Assembly (NCBI GenBank): GCA_963663805.2
Contig: CAXXMR010000013.1
Span: 64,001 to 128,000, forward strand
Direction: 5' to 3'
From: Sedimentisphaerales bacterium
Lineage (GTDB): Bacteria; Planctomycetota; Phycisphaerae; Sedimentisphaerales; SM23-30
Length of the DNA: 64,000 nucleotides
This document shows, piece after piece, positions 1 to 8,803 of the stretch; the stretch's first letter is position 1, and every line of letters begins with the position of its first letter. The notes beneath the pieces were generated by a model. That model saw nothing but the letters and a program-made list of their open reading frames with translations, was not told the origin of the DNA and ran no database searches. The translations under genes were made by a program, and so were the position numbers.

Positions 1-2
1 GG

Positions 3-179
3 ATTCAGAAGGAACACCATCATTTCAAATGCTTGAGGTGTAAGAAAATAATAGATGTGGACGAGATAGACGGTCTGGATGTTGGCACGCCAGCGGAGTT
101 GGCGGGCTGTGAGGTTGTCAGGAGGATGGTTTATTTTGAAGGCCGGTGTGCAGAATGTCGGGCGGAGGTTACGGAATAG
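3..179 (+). CDS. Fur/PerR-family regulator, 3' end only (runs off window)
   Basis: Manual translation IQKEHHHFKCLRCKKIIDV...YFEGRCAECRAEVTE*: HHHxxCxxC...GxCxxC Fur C-terminal signature; heads a peroxide-defence cluster. Confidence 0.85.
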   Translation: MQKEHHHFKCLRCKKIIDVDEIDGLDVGTPAELAGCEVVRRMVYFEGRCAECRAEVTE

Positions 180-186
180 TTTTAAC

Positions 187-213
187 CGCGGATTACACGG
201 ATTACGCGGATTT
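187..213 (+). repeat. 3 x 9-bp tandem repeat
   Basis: cgcggatta cacggatta cgcggattt. Confidence 0.7.
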
Positions 214-267
214 TTAACGGCAACTACTAAGAGTTTTTAATCAGACATTTTTAGAAAGGAAACTGAT

Positions 268-840
268 ATGGCATTGAAGGGTAGTCAGACAGAGAAGAAT
301 CTTTTGACGGCGTTTGCGGGTGAGTCTCAGGCACGGAATCGTTATACTTATTTTGCGGGCCAGGCTAAGAAAGATGGTTTTGTGCAGATACAGTCGATTT
401 TTGAAGAGACGGCGAATCAGGAAAAAGAACACGCTAAACGTTTGTTCAAGTTTCTGGAAGGCGGCGAAGTTGAGATCGTGGCGGCTTTTCCGGCAGGTGT
501 GATCGGCTCTACGATTGAGAACCTGAAAGAATCGGCGGCGGGCGAGAATTATGAAACGACAGAAATGTATCCGGATTTTGCCAAGGTCGCGGACGAAGAA
601 GGGTTCAAGGAAATCGCGGGCGTATTCCGCCGTATCGCAGTGGCAGAAGCGCGGCATCGTGACCGCTATCTGAAACTGGCAGATAATATCGCTAAGGGTA
701 TTGTCTTTAAGAGCGAAAAGCCGGTTCGGTGGATTTGCCGTAATTGCGGTTATGTGCATGAAGACGCGAGTGCTCCGGGTGTTTGTCCGGCGTGTGCTCA
801 TCCGCAGGCTCATTTTGAGCTGGAAGCGGTGAATTATTAA
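268..840 (+). CDS. rbr: rubrerythrin
   Basis: FAGESQARNRY, EKEHA and EARH diiron motifs; C-terminal CxxC...CxxC rubredoxin domain. Confidence 0.95.
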   Translation: MALKGSQTEKNLLTAFAGESQARNRYTYFAGQAKKDGFVQIQSIFEETANQEKEHAKRLFKFLEGGEVEIVAAFPAGVIGSTIENLKESAAGENYETTEMYPDFAKVADEEGFKEIAGVFRRIAVAEARHRDRYLKLADNIAKGIVFKSEKPVRWICRNCGYVHEDASAPGVCPACAHPQAHFELEAVNY

Positions 841-899
841 CGGCAGGCATGAGGCATGAGGCAATAGGCAAGAGTGAACGGCGAGGTTTCGGCCTTGGG
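838..899 (+). repeat. heptamer-repeat dispersed element, copy 1
   Basis: taacggc aggcatg aggcatg aggcaat aggcaag agtgaacggcgaggtttcggccttggg. Confidence 0.7.
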
Positions 900-963
900 T
901 ATGGTTTGTTTGATGCTCCGGCTGCTTACGCGGCTCGGTTTTTGTTGATGGTAGAGGTTTGTT

Positions 964-2151
964 ATGCGGCAGTTGGTTGACAGGGTATTTGAAGTGGGGG
1001 CGATAGACTGGGACGCGGTGCTTTTTGATAAGCTCATTCCTCTGCCTAACGGGACCAGCTATAACTCTTATCTGATTGAAGGTTCGGCAAAGACGGCGCT
1101 TTTGGACACGGTTGACCCGTCGAAAAAAGATGTGCTGGTAGAGAATCTGAAGTCTCGGCCTGTGGAGCGTCTTGATTATCTGATAGCTCATCACGCGGAG
1201 CAAGACCATTCGGGCAGTATTCCGGTGATTCTGAACCGTTATCCGGAAGCGAAGCTGGTGACGAATCCGAAATGTCGGGCGATGCTTCAGGACATGATGG
1301 CTATTGATGATGAGAAGTTTCTGGAAATAGAAGATGGTGAGGAATTGTCGCTGGGCGATAAGACTTTGCGTTTTCTGTATTTACCGTGGGTTCATTGGCC
1401 TGAGACTATGAGCAGCTATCTAGTGGAAGATAAGATACTGTTCTCGTGTGACTTTTTTGGTTCGCATGTGGCGACGAACAAGCTGTTTGTGGATGATGAA
1501 GCGATGGCGTTGGATGGCGCGAAGCGTTATTACGCGGAAATCATGATGCCGTTTCGGAATCAGATTCGCAAGAATATCGAAAAGTTAAGCGGCATTGAGA
1601 TTGAGATGATCGCTCCGAGTCATGGTCAGGTTTATGACAAACCGAGTCTGATAGTCGATGCTTATTCGGAATGGATTTCGGATGAGGTGAAGAACGAAGT
1701 ACTGCTGGCGTATGTATCGATGCACGGCAGTACGGAAAAGATGGTGGGAATGCTTGTTGAGGCGTTGACGCAGCGGGGTATAAAGGTGCGTTTGTTTGAG
1801 TTGACGGAAATGGATTTGGGTAAGTTGGCGATTGCTTTGGTGGATTCAGCGACTTTGATAATCGCGACTCCGGCAGTGTTGGCGGGGGCTCATCCGGCAG
1901 CGGCGTCATTGGCTTATTTGGTGAATGAGTTGCGGCCTAAGACGAAGCTGGCGGGAATTATTAATTCGTTCGGCTGGGGCAGTAAGGCGGTTGAGAATCT
2001 GACGGATATGATGAGTAATCTGAAGGCTGAATGGCTTGAGCCGGTGAAGGTTAAAGGTTGTCCGGTTGATGATGATAAAGCCAAACTGGAAGCGATGGCG
2101 GAAGCGATTGCTTTTAACGGCAGGCAAGAGGCATTAGGCAAGAGGCAATAG
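964..2151 (+). CDS. fprA: flavodiiron protein (FprA family; metallo-beta-lactamase + flavodoxin domains)
   Basis: HAEQDH, VHWPE, SCDFFG, PSHG and SMHGST motifs; last ~10 codons come from a repeat element. Confidence 0.92.
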   Translation: MRQLVDRVFEVGAIDWDAVLFDKLIPLPNGTSYNSYLIEGSAKTALLDTVDPSKKDVLVENLKSRPVERLDYLIAHHAEQDHSGSIPVILNRYPEAKLVTNPKCRAMLQDMMAIDDEKFLEIEDGEELSLGDKTLRFLYLPWVHWPETMSSYLVEDKILFSCDFFGSHVATNKLFVDDEAMALDGAKRYYAEIMMPFRNQIRKNIEKLSGIEIEMIAPSHGQVYDKPSLIVDAYSEWISDEVKNEVLLAYVSMHGSTEKMVGMLVEALTQRGIKVRLFELTEMDLGKLAIALVDSATLIIATPAVLAGAHPAAASLAYLVNELRPKTKLAGIINSFGWGSKAVENLTDMMSNLKAEWLEPVKVKGCPVDDDKAKLEAMAEAIAFNGRQEALGKRQ

Positions 2152-2177
2152 TGAACGGCTTGGTTTCGCCTTCGGCG
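2115..2177 (+). repeat. heptamer-repeat dispersed element, copy 2
   Basis: taacggc aggcaag aggcatt aggcaag aggcaat agtgaacggcttggtttcgccttcggcg. Confidence 0.7.
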
Positions 2178-2272
2178 AGTTTTTTTATTTAACGGTACCG
2201 CTTACTGACGTGCGCGGCTCTGAAAGTTTGTTAAGGGATAAAGTTTGGGAAGGTTTATAAGGAGATTTTGTT

Positions 2273-2650
2273 ATGACTAAACAGCTAGAGATTTACAAGT
2301 GTGAGCATTGTGGGATTATCGCGGAAGTATTACATGCCGGCGGCGGTAAGATGGTTTGCTGCGGCGAGCCGATGAAACTGCTGGTGGAAAATACGGTTGA
2401 CGCAGCGAAAGAAAAACATGTGCCGGTAATCGAAAAGATTTCGGGTGGTTACAAGGTCAAGGTTGGCAGTGTGGCACATCCGATGACGGAAGAACACATG
2501 ATAGAATGGGTAGAGCTGATTGCCGATGGGAAGGCTTATCGTCAGTTTTTGGCGGTGGGCGGAGCGCCGGAAGCGGTTTTTATGGTGGAAGCGGCTTCGG
2601 TTTCGGCGCGTGAATTTTGCAATCTGCATGGTCTCTGGAAAGGAGAGTGA
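2273..2650 (+). CDS. dfx: desulfoferrodoxin (2Fe superoxide reductase)
   Basis: CxxC...CC desulforedoxin domain; EKHVP, HPM...H and CNLHG motifs. Confidence 0.95.
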   Translation: MTKQLEIYKCEHCGIIAEVLHAGGGKMVCCGEPMKLLVENTVDAAKEKHVPVIEKISGGYKVKVGSVAHPMTEEHMIEWVELIADGKAYRQFLAVGGAPEAVFMVEAASVSAREFCNLHGLWKGE

Positions 2651-2656
2651 TGTACG

Positions 2657-3166
2657 ATGTTGAAGCCGAAAATGGAAGCGGCGTTTAATAAGCAGTTGAA
2701 CGCTGAGTATTATTCGTCTTATATGTATTTATCGATGGCGGCATATTTTGATTCGCTTGACCTGCCGGGTTTCAGTAACTGGATGCGGGTACAGGTTGAC
2801 GAAGAGCGTTTTCACGCGATGAAGTTTTTTGATTTTATTTCCAATCGGGGCGGGCGGGTTAAGTTGACGGAGATCGCGGGGCCGCCGGTGGACTGGAAGT
2901 CGGCATTGGATGTTTTTGAAGCGACGCTGGCTCATGAGCAGAAGGTTACGGGTTTGATAAATGATTTGGTTTATCTGGCTCGTGATGAGCGTGATAACGC
3001 TTCGGAAGTTTTTCTGGGCTGGTTTGTGACCGAGCAGGTTGAAGAAGAAGACAATGTGCGGAAAATACTGGGACAGTTAAAGTTGATTTCTGATAGTCCG
3101 CAGGCGTTGTATATGCTGGATAAGGAACTTGCGGCTCGTACGTTTTCGCCACCGGTGGCGGAATAG
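2657..3166 (+). CDS. ftn: ferritin
   Basis: EYYSSYMYLSM, EERFHA, HEQKVT and EQVEEE ferroxidase motifs. Confidence 0.93.
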   Translation: MLKPKMEAAFNKQLNAEYYSSYMYLSMAAYFDSLDLPGFSNWMRVQVDEERFHAMKFFDFISNRGGRVKLTEIAGPPVDWKSALDVFEATLAHEQKVTGLINDLVYLARDERDNASEVFLGWFVTEQVEEEDNVRKILGQLKLISDSPQALYMLDKELAARTFSPPVAE

Positions 3167-3202
3167 TCGATAGTCTGGCCATTTAGAGAATGGAGTTTTG
3201 CT

Positions 3203-3361
3203 ATGCAGAAATATCGTTGTTTGTTATGCGGCTATGTTTATGACCCGGCGGCGGGTGATCCTGATAATGGGGTTGAGGCGGGTACGGCTTTTGAGGCTTT
3301 GCCGGATGACTGGGTTTGCCCGGAATGCGGGGCGGGCAAGGATGATTTTGAGGTAATTTGA
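3203..3361 (+). CDS. rub: rubredoxin (52 aa, not in ORF track)
   Basis: [56 protein letters not shown] upstream. Confidence 0.95.
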   Translation: MQKYRCLLCGYVYDPAAGDPDNGVEAGTAFEALPDDWVCPECGAGKDDFEVI

Positions 3362-3377
3362 GGTCCCTAAAAAAACG

Positions 3378-3406
3378 TTGATTTTGTGAAGGTGACTTGC
3401 TAGTAT
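3378..3406 (+). promoter_or_regulatory. putative sigma70 promoter of PEP-CTERM gene
   Basis: TTGATT-17-TAGTAT with TGn extension. Confidence 0.45.
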
Positions 3407-3465
3407 ATTGTCTGAAGTGTGTGCCGTTGCCCTTTTGGAGAGGGGCGACAATTTAAACATGAATG

Positions 3466-3512
3466 ACCGGCTAGAGAGAGACTGACGAAGAGTCTCTGTC
3501 TGCCGGTTTTTT
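3466..3512 (+). terminator. intrinsic terminator-like hairpin in leader of PEP-CTERM gene
   Basis: accggc..aga..agagact-gacgaag-agtctct..tct..gccggt followed by T-run. Confidence 0.65.
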
Positions 3513-3558
3513 GTGTTTGGGTAGGAAATGTTAAAAGAGGTAGTTTGAGGAAGGCGAA

Positions 3559-4560
3559 ATGTTAAATTGGGTTAGGTGGGCGGTTTTTGCGTCGCTATTG
3601 GTGCCGGGTTTAGTATGGTCTGATATAATCGCTTACTCGATGGATTCGGGGATTTACGGTTCTGCCGGTGCCGATATCGGTGTGGCGACGGTTGGCTCCA
3701 GCGGTGTTTTGCTGAGCGGGGTTCCTACTTCGCAGTGGACCTATGGTTGTTCGGCGACCTCGGCGGGGATGCTTTTTGGGTACTATGACCGAACAGGTTA
3801 TGACGATATGTATACCGGTTCGGCTAACGGCGGGGTGGCACCTTTGGTGGATTTGGGGGCGAGCTGTTCTTTGATAGCGACGAAGTTTGGTTTTGATGGT
3901 CGGACTACGGCAGGGCATGTTGATGATTACTGGGTATCTTATACGACGGCAGGGCCTGACCCCTGGGAGGCGAGCGGTGTAGAGCATGAGTGGGGTGGTT
4001 GTGTGGCGGATTATCTGGGGACGAATCAGTGGAAGTGGGATTTTGTGGATGGGGATGGGGTGATAGATTTTAATACGGACGGCAGTACGGCGGTGTTTAT
4101 GTATAACAGCGGGGCGCGGTTGTATGATTATATACCGTCGGCGTCGGCTGGTATTGTGCAGACGGCATTTACGCATGGTTTGCGTTTGTTTGCTGAGTCG
4201 CGTGGGTATGAGGTGGTGACGAATTTCACGCAGCGGATAGATAATTACACGGGCGGTTTTACGTTTTTGGAGTATGTGTCGGAGATAGAGGCGGGTCGGC
4301 CTGTTTTTATGCAGATGGACGGTCATACTATGCTGGGGGTTGGTTATGACGCGGCGAGCGAACTGGTTTATGTACACGATACGTGGGACAATGATGTGCA
4401 TAGTTTTACGTGGGGTGGGTCTTACGCGGGGATGGCGCAAAAAGCGGTGACGGTTTTTGAGTTGGCGGTTATACCTGAGCCTGCGGCTGTTATATTTCTG
4501 TTGGGTGGTTCTTTGTTTGGGTTGCTGCGGCGGCGTCGAGGAAGCGGTAGAGGAGTTTGA
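3559..4560 (+). CDS. PEP-CTERM-sorted protein with papain-like (C39/C10-type) cysteine peptidase domain
   Basis: Signal peptide; YGCSATSAGM (Cys), GHTMLGVGY (His), VHDTW; IPEP + TM helix + RRRR tail. Confidence 0.8.
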   Translation: MLNWVRWAVFASLLVPGLVWSDIIAYSMDSGIYGSAGADIGVATVGSSGVLLSGVPTSQWTYGCSATSAGMLFGYYDRTGYDDMYTGSANGGVAPLVDLGASCSLIATKFGFDGRTTAGHVDDYWVSYTTAGPDPWEASGVEHEWGGCVADYLGTNQWKWDFVDGDGVIDFNTDGSTAVFMYNSGARLYDYIPSASAGIVQTAFTHGLRLFAESRGYEVVTNFTQRIDNYTGGFTFLEYVSEIEAGRPVFMQMDGHTMLGVGYDAASELVYVHDTWDNDVHSFTWGGSYAGMAQKAVTVFELAVIPEPAAVIFLLGGSLFGLLRRRRGSGRGV

Positions 4561-5212
4561 GGTTGGCGGTAACGCGGCGGTAGATGTCGGTGCGGATTTG
4601 GGCGGGGGTCTGTACGTGTGGGCCGGGCGTCATTTCCGCGGCGCAGTGGGTTAGCATCATTTCGATTGCTTCTACTGAATATTCCATGTGGAACTGGAAG
4701 CCGAAAACGCGGCTGTTATAGACGAAACCCTGGTTCGCGGTTGCCTGGCTTGAGCCGAACGGTATCGCATCGGCGGGCATCTGGAAGGTATCGCCGTGCC
4801 AGTGGAAGACTTCCATTTTTTCGGGGAAGTGTTTGAACTGGGGCAGTTGGCGAAGCTGCGGGGTGAAGGTTACGGGGAACCATCCGATTTCACGGTTTTT
4901 ATTTTGGGTGGTGGGTGCGCCTAGTACGTCGGCGATTAGCTGGGCTCCGAGACAAACGCCGATGATAGTCTTGCCGGCTTGAAGGGCTTGTTTGATATAT
5001 TGTTTTTCGATTTTCAGCCAGGGGTGTTCTTGGTATTGATAGATGTTCATGGTGCCGCCCATGACGACGAGCCAGTCGAATGAGTCGAGGCTGGGGAGGG
5101 TGTCGTTTTTGTAGAGCAGGGTGTTGGTCAGGGGGTAGTGACTCTGTTGGGCCCAGGTTCCGATGGCGGCTGAGTCTTCGAAAGGTTCGTGTATGAGGCA
5201 GTGGATTTTCAT
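4490..5212 (-). CDS. class I glutamine amidotransferase-like protein
   Basis: VVMGG, GVCLGAQL, WHGD and QFHME motifs. Confidence 0.9.
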   Translation of the reverse strand: MKIHCLIHEPFEDSAAIGTWAQQSHYPLTNTLLYKNDTLPSLDSFDWLVVMGGTMNIYQYQEHPWLKIEKQYIKQALQAGKTIIGVCLGAQLIADVLGAPTTQNKNREIGWFPVTFTPQLRQLPQFKHFPEKMEVFHWHGDTFQMPADAIPFGSSQATANQGFVYNSRVFGFQFHMEYSVEAIEMMLTHCAAEMTPGPHVQTPAQIRTDIYRRVTANLKLLYRFLDAAAATQTKNHPTEI

Positions 5213-5260
5213 AATCAGATATAAGATGTCAGATGTCAGAGGTCAGTATAAACGGCTAGG
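5213..5260 (+). repeat. heptamer-repeat element (tcagatg type)
   Basis: tcagata taagatg tcagatg tcagagg tcagtataaacggc. Confidence 0.55.
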
Positions 5261-5283
5261 CGTCGGCTTGCGACCGGGTTATT

Positions 5284-6840
5284 TTATTCGTTGGGGTTAA
5301 AGTTATTTTTGAAGTATCTGGCGTAGTCGATGTTTAGGTTTTTGATTTTGTATCTAATCATTCTGGAGGTTATTCCGAGTTCTCGTGCGGCGGCGGCCAT
5401 ATTACCATGCGAGCGTTTGAGGGAATCGACGATCATGTCAGTTTCGAGGGTGCTGATGCGGGTTTTCATGGTTCCCTTGGGTTTGGTTCCGGAAAGTTCT
5501 GGGGTTTGCAGGGTTGGGGGCAGGTTATGGCCGTGTATTACTTCGTCGCTGCTGAGCAGTACGGCGTGTTCGATGCAGTTTTCGAGTTCGCGGACGTTGC
5601 CGGGCCAATGGTAGGCCATCATCATGTTGATGGCCTGGGTGGTAATTCGTTTGATGTTTTTGGCCATTTTCTGAGCATATTTTTCTACGAAGTTGTTAGC
5701 GAGCAGTAGTACATCGTCTTTGCGGTCGCGCAGGGTTGGCAGATGAATCGGGAAAACGTTAATGCGATAGTATAAGTCGAGGCGGAATTGGTTGGACTGA
5801 ACGAGTTTTCCCAGGTCGCGGTTAGTGGCGGTAATGACGCGGACATTTACTTTGAGGGTCTGGTTGGAGCCTACGGGCTGGAATTCTTTTTCCTGGAGGA
5901 CGCGGAGCAGTTTTACCTGGGTTGAAGGCGAGAAGTCTCCGATTTCGTCGAGGAAAAGTGTTCCGCCGTCGGCCTGCTGGATGTGTCCCATTCTGTCGTT
6001 TACGGCTCCGGTGAAAGAGCCGCGGACGTGGCCGAAGAGTTCGCTTTCGAGCAGGTTTTCGTTCATGGCGGCACAGTTGACGCGGACGAAAGGTTTGTGG
6101 GCGCGGGGCGAACTGTAATGGATAGCGGCGGCGACGAGTTCTTTTCCTGTCCCCGATTCTCCGGTGATTAATACGGTGGTGTCGGAATTGGCGACCTGGT
6201 GGATAAGGGTATAGACATCGCGCATGGGTTTGGAGTTACCGATGATATTTTCGGGTCGGTAGCGTTCTTCGAGTGCGTTATTCAGGCGGGTTCTTTCAGC
6301 TTCGAATGCTTCCCGTTCGAGCTTTACGGAGCGTCGGGTGCGGATGTCGTGGGCGAGCATACTGGCGACGATGCTGAGGATTTGTTTTTTTTCTTCGAGG
6401 TCGTTGCTTTCTTCGTAGGGCATATCTACCGAAAGGGTGCCGACGACTTCGGCACCGAGTGAGATGGGCACGCAGATGAATGACCATTCGCCGTCGACTT
6501 CGAGCCAGCGTTGGTGGAGTCGGTCGCAGAAGCGTGGCTCCTGGGAGACTTTGGGTACGATGGCGGACTGGCCGGTCTGGAGTACGGTTCCGGTTATGCC
6601 TTCGCCGAGCGAATAGCGAACGTCCTGCTGGTTGTCGCTGGGCAGGTTGCCGGCGGCTTCGACGATTAGTTCGTTGCCGTCGAGTGATAGAATCATGATG
6701 GTGCCGCGGAGCATTTGGAGTTCTTTTTCGAGTACGCCGAGGATTTCGAGGAGCATTTCGCGTTGGCCTGAACGGGTGGCGAGTATTCGGGCGATGGCAT
6801 AGAGGGCGGCTAATTCGTGTTTGTGAAGGTTATTATCCAT
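5284..6840 (-). CDS. NifA-like sigma54-dependent activator (GAF + AAA+ + Fis HTH); start uncertain (6840 or 6885; ORF open to 7014)
   Basis: GEGITG GAF motif; GESGTGKE, ESELFGH, GSFTGA, LFLDEIG and WPGNVREL; C-terminal HTH. Confidence 0.9.
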   Translation of the reverse strand: MDNNLHKHELAALYAIARILATRSGQREMLLEILGVLEKELQMLRGTIMILSLDGNELIVEAAGNLPSDNQQDVRYSLGEGITGTVLQTGQSAIVPKVSQEPRFCDRLHQRWLEVDGEWSFICVPISLGAEVVGTLSVDMPYEESNDLEEKKQILSIVASMLAHDIRTRRSVKLEREAFEAERTRLNNALEERYRPENIIGNSKPMRDVYTLIHQVANSDTTVLITGESGTGKELVAAAIHYSSPRAHKPFVRVNCAAMNENLLESELFGHVRGSFTGAVNDRMGHIQQADGGTLFLDEIGDFSPSTQVKLLRVLQEKEFQPVGSNQTLKVNVRVITATNRDLGKLVQSNQFRLDLYYRINVFPIHLPTLRDRKDDVLLLANNFVEKYAQKMAKNIKRITTQAINMMMAYHWPGNVRELENCIEHAVLLSSDEVIHGHNLPPTLQTPELSGTKPKGTMKTRISTLETDMIVDSLKRSHGNMAAAARELGITSRMIRYKIKNLNIDYARYFKNNFNPNE

Positions 6841-7076
6841 AATGTTGGTTGACAAATATGTATCCTGTGCGTAATTTGGTGACATTTTTGTAGCCTTTTT
6901 TGTCGGTTTGTTTTGGTCAGGCAAGGGGTGTAAGTCAGTGTACTTATTTGACTCGTTTATGTAATTCCTTTTTTTATAATCTCTTATATGTAGCGGACTA
7001 ATTTTATAGTTCACATTCGGCCCTTGTCAGTAATGTCATTCGGCCTGACAAAAACGGCTTCTACTGGGTAGTATTC

Positions 7077-7091
7077 GCAAAATCTGTGCCA
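7077..7091 (-). promoter_or_regulatory. sigma54 (-24/-12) promoter facing the activator gene
   Basis: Minus strand TGGCAC-AGATT-TTGC. Confidence 0.7.
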
Positions 7092-7151
7092 GGGATTGGG
7101 TGTGCTTTTGCGTTTTGGGTGTGTGTGACATTTATTTCTGGCGATGGATGA

Positions 7152-7167
7152 TGTGAAAAAGAGTACA
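7152..7167. promoter_or_regulatory. candidate NifA-type upstream activator sequence
   Basis: TGT-gaaaaagagt-ACA (TGT-N10-ACA); short motif, may be chance. Confidence 0.35.
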
Positions 7168-7387
7168 CGGGGGAGAAGTTTTTGTGCTTGGAGTTAAGTT
7201 GTTTTGTTTAATGGGTTTAGGTTTGTGGTGGTGATGTGTGGTTGCGAGGTTGGGAAAAAGGTTTCCCTCTGGCGGTGGTGTGGAATTTGGGGGAGTGGGG
7301 GTGGCGGCAAAAAATATTTTTGTGTAAACTTTTTGCTGTGAATGGTTTATGTGTTTGTGAGATTTTTTTGATTTTATTTTTCGGACC

Positions 7388-7403
7388 TGGCACATCGGTT
7401 GCT
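7388..7403 (+). promoter_or_regulatory. sigma54 (-24/-12) promoter of small gene 7458
   Basis: TGGCAC-ATCGG-TTGCT. Confidence 0.8.
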
Positions 7404-7457
7404 TTTATAGATATGTGGAAAGTGTGTGCTAGATAGAATTTTAGGTGTGAGGATGAT

Positions 7458-7712
7458 GTGATGATGTTTGCGGACTTAGGTTCGGGAACGTCGGTGCGGT
7501 TTCGGCTTGCTGATGTTGTGTGCCCGGATGTTGATGACGCCAGAGAGCGAATTACTAATGACCTGGAGGTTTCGGGTCGGGTAGTTTTCCTGAGCGATTC
7601 GGGTGACGAGAAAGACCATTACGCTGTGGTGCAGGTCGATGGTATTCGGGCTCCTTTGGTTGTGGGAGTCGAAAAAATTAAAAAATGTTTGAATTTGAGC
7701 AGAGCGATTTGA
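7458..7712 (+). CDS. small hypothetical protein (~84 aa)
   Basis: GAGGA SD, sigma54 promoter upstream, hairpin downstream, globular-looking composition. Confidence 0.7.
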   Translation: MMMFADLGSGTSVRFRLADVVCPDVDDARERITNDLEVSGRVVFLSDSGDEKDHYAVVQVDGIRAPLVVGVEKIKKCLNLSRAI

Positions 7713-7752
7713 ATTAATTTATAACGCTAATAACTTAGCTCTCTCTCTCCCT

Positions 7753-7799
7753 CCCAGGCTTGCAATGTCCTCCCCGGATGGCCAAGCCTGGGCATTTTT
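7753..7799 (+). terminator. hairpin/terminator with C-rich loop
   Basis: cccaggcttg...caagcctggg then cattttt. Confidence 0.6.
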
Positions 7800-7809
7800 A
7801 TGCGTATCG

Positions 7810-7999
7810 GTGCGTATCGCACTGATAGATCGCCGCGAGCGTTTGTCGTATGGGCCGCTCCCGTTGGTCGCTGTCTTTTTTGGCAAGTATAGGGTGGTGA
7901 TAAGAAATTATTTCTTTGTGCGTATCGCACTGATAGACCGCCGCGAGCGTTTGTCTTATTTGGCTGCTCCCGCTGGTCTCTGTCTTTTTTTGCAAGTAT
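7810..7999. repeat. two ~81-bp direct repeats (7810-7890, 7918-7999), each an imperfect palindrome (REP-like)
   Basis: gtgcgtatcgcactgatagaYcgccgcgagcgtttgtc...gctcccgYtggtc.ctgtcttttt..gcaagtat twice, 27-bp spacer. Confidence 0.85.
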
Positions 8000-8021
8000 G
8001 TGTTTGGGGTGAAGGAAAAAA

Positions 8022-8801
8022 TTAGCGGTGTGGTTTTTGTCTGGGGCTGGTTTTTTTGTTTTTTGAGTGATAGCCTGTTTTGATGCGGGGTGTTTTATTT
8101 GGTGTGGTTTGGGGTTGTTGGGGCTTTTGCATGATGAAAAGGTAGTTAAAGCCGCGGAGGAAGAAGTTTTGTTCGTCGGCGGCTTTTCGGTAGTTGCCCA
8201 TGTCGAGCGTTTTGTTATGGCGGACGACGGCGATGATGTCGATAGGGGTAAAGAACTCGCGCAGGATGGCGAAGATTTCAAAGCCGATGGGGAAGAATCC
8301 TTTTTTTAGTTCGAACGAATCGCTGACGTAAAGAGCCATGTGTTTGCCGGGCTTGAGTACGCGGTTTATCTCGCTGATGACCTGGCGCATGGAGTTGTAA
8401 TATTCATCGTCGCCGGCGTGGAGTTTGCCGATACAGCGGGGGTCGTCGCTGTATTCGATGTGGGTTGAGTAGGGCGGGTCGATAAAAACGAAGTCGGATT
8501 TTTCGTCTTCTAAAGGCAGTTTGCGGGCGTCGACGCGAAAAATATCTTTGCGGGTGGGGTTAAGGTCATAGCCTAGGGCCCGGCGGTTGAGGTCGCGGGC
8601 GACATCGAGGGTTGTGCCGCTGCCGCACATGGGGTCTATAACAAGGTCGCGGGGCTGGGTGTATCTTTCGAGCAGGTTCCAGATAATATAGCTGGGGGTG
8701 GCGCCGCGATAATCAGGGTCACCCTGGGTGGTGTTGCCGTAGTGCTGGGAAGGATATTCCCAAAGTGTGGTTACCTGGGGCTGGAGGGGTGGTTTTTTCA
8801 T
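8022..8801 (-). CDS. SAM-dependent amino-methyltransferase (N4/N6 DNA or Trm11-like), orphan
   Basis: DPMCGSGTT motif I, DPPY motif IV. Confidence 0.8.
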   Translation of the reverse strand: MKKPPLQPQVTTLWEYPSQHYGNTTQGDPDYRGATPSYIIWNLLERYTQPRDLVIDPMCGSGTTLDVARDLNRRALGYDLNPTRKDIFRVDARKLPLEDEKSDFVFIDPPYSTHIEYSDDPRCIGKLHAGDDEYYNSMRQVISEINRVLKPGKHMALYVSDSFELKKGFFPIGFEIFAILREFFTPIDIIAVVRHNKTLDMGNYRKAADEQNFFLRGFNYLFIMQKPQQPQTTPNKTPRIKTGYHSKNKKTSPRQKPHR

Positions 8802-8803
8802 GG

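Noticed and set aside
5284..6840. Calling the activator nifA or inferring nitrogen fixation
   Set aside because: The domain architecture is shared by many enhancer-binding proteins and no nif genes are present.
7810..7999. CRISPR array
   Set aside because: Only two units, ~81 bp long and diverged; no cas genes in the window.
7727..8281. ORFs across the repeat region (184, 86 and 65 aa)
   Set aside because: Translations of the palindromic repeats and overlap with the MTase gene.
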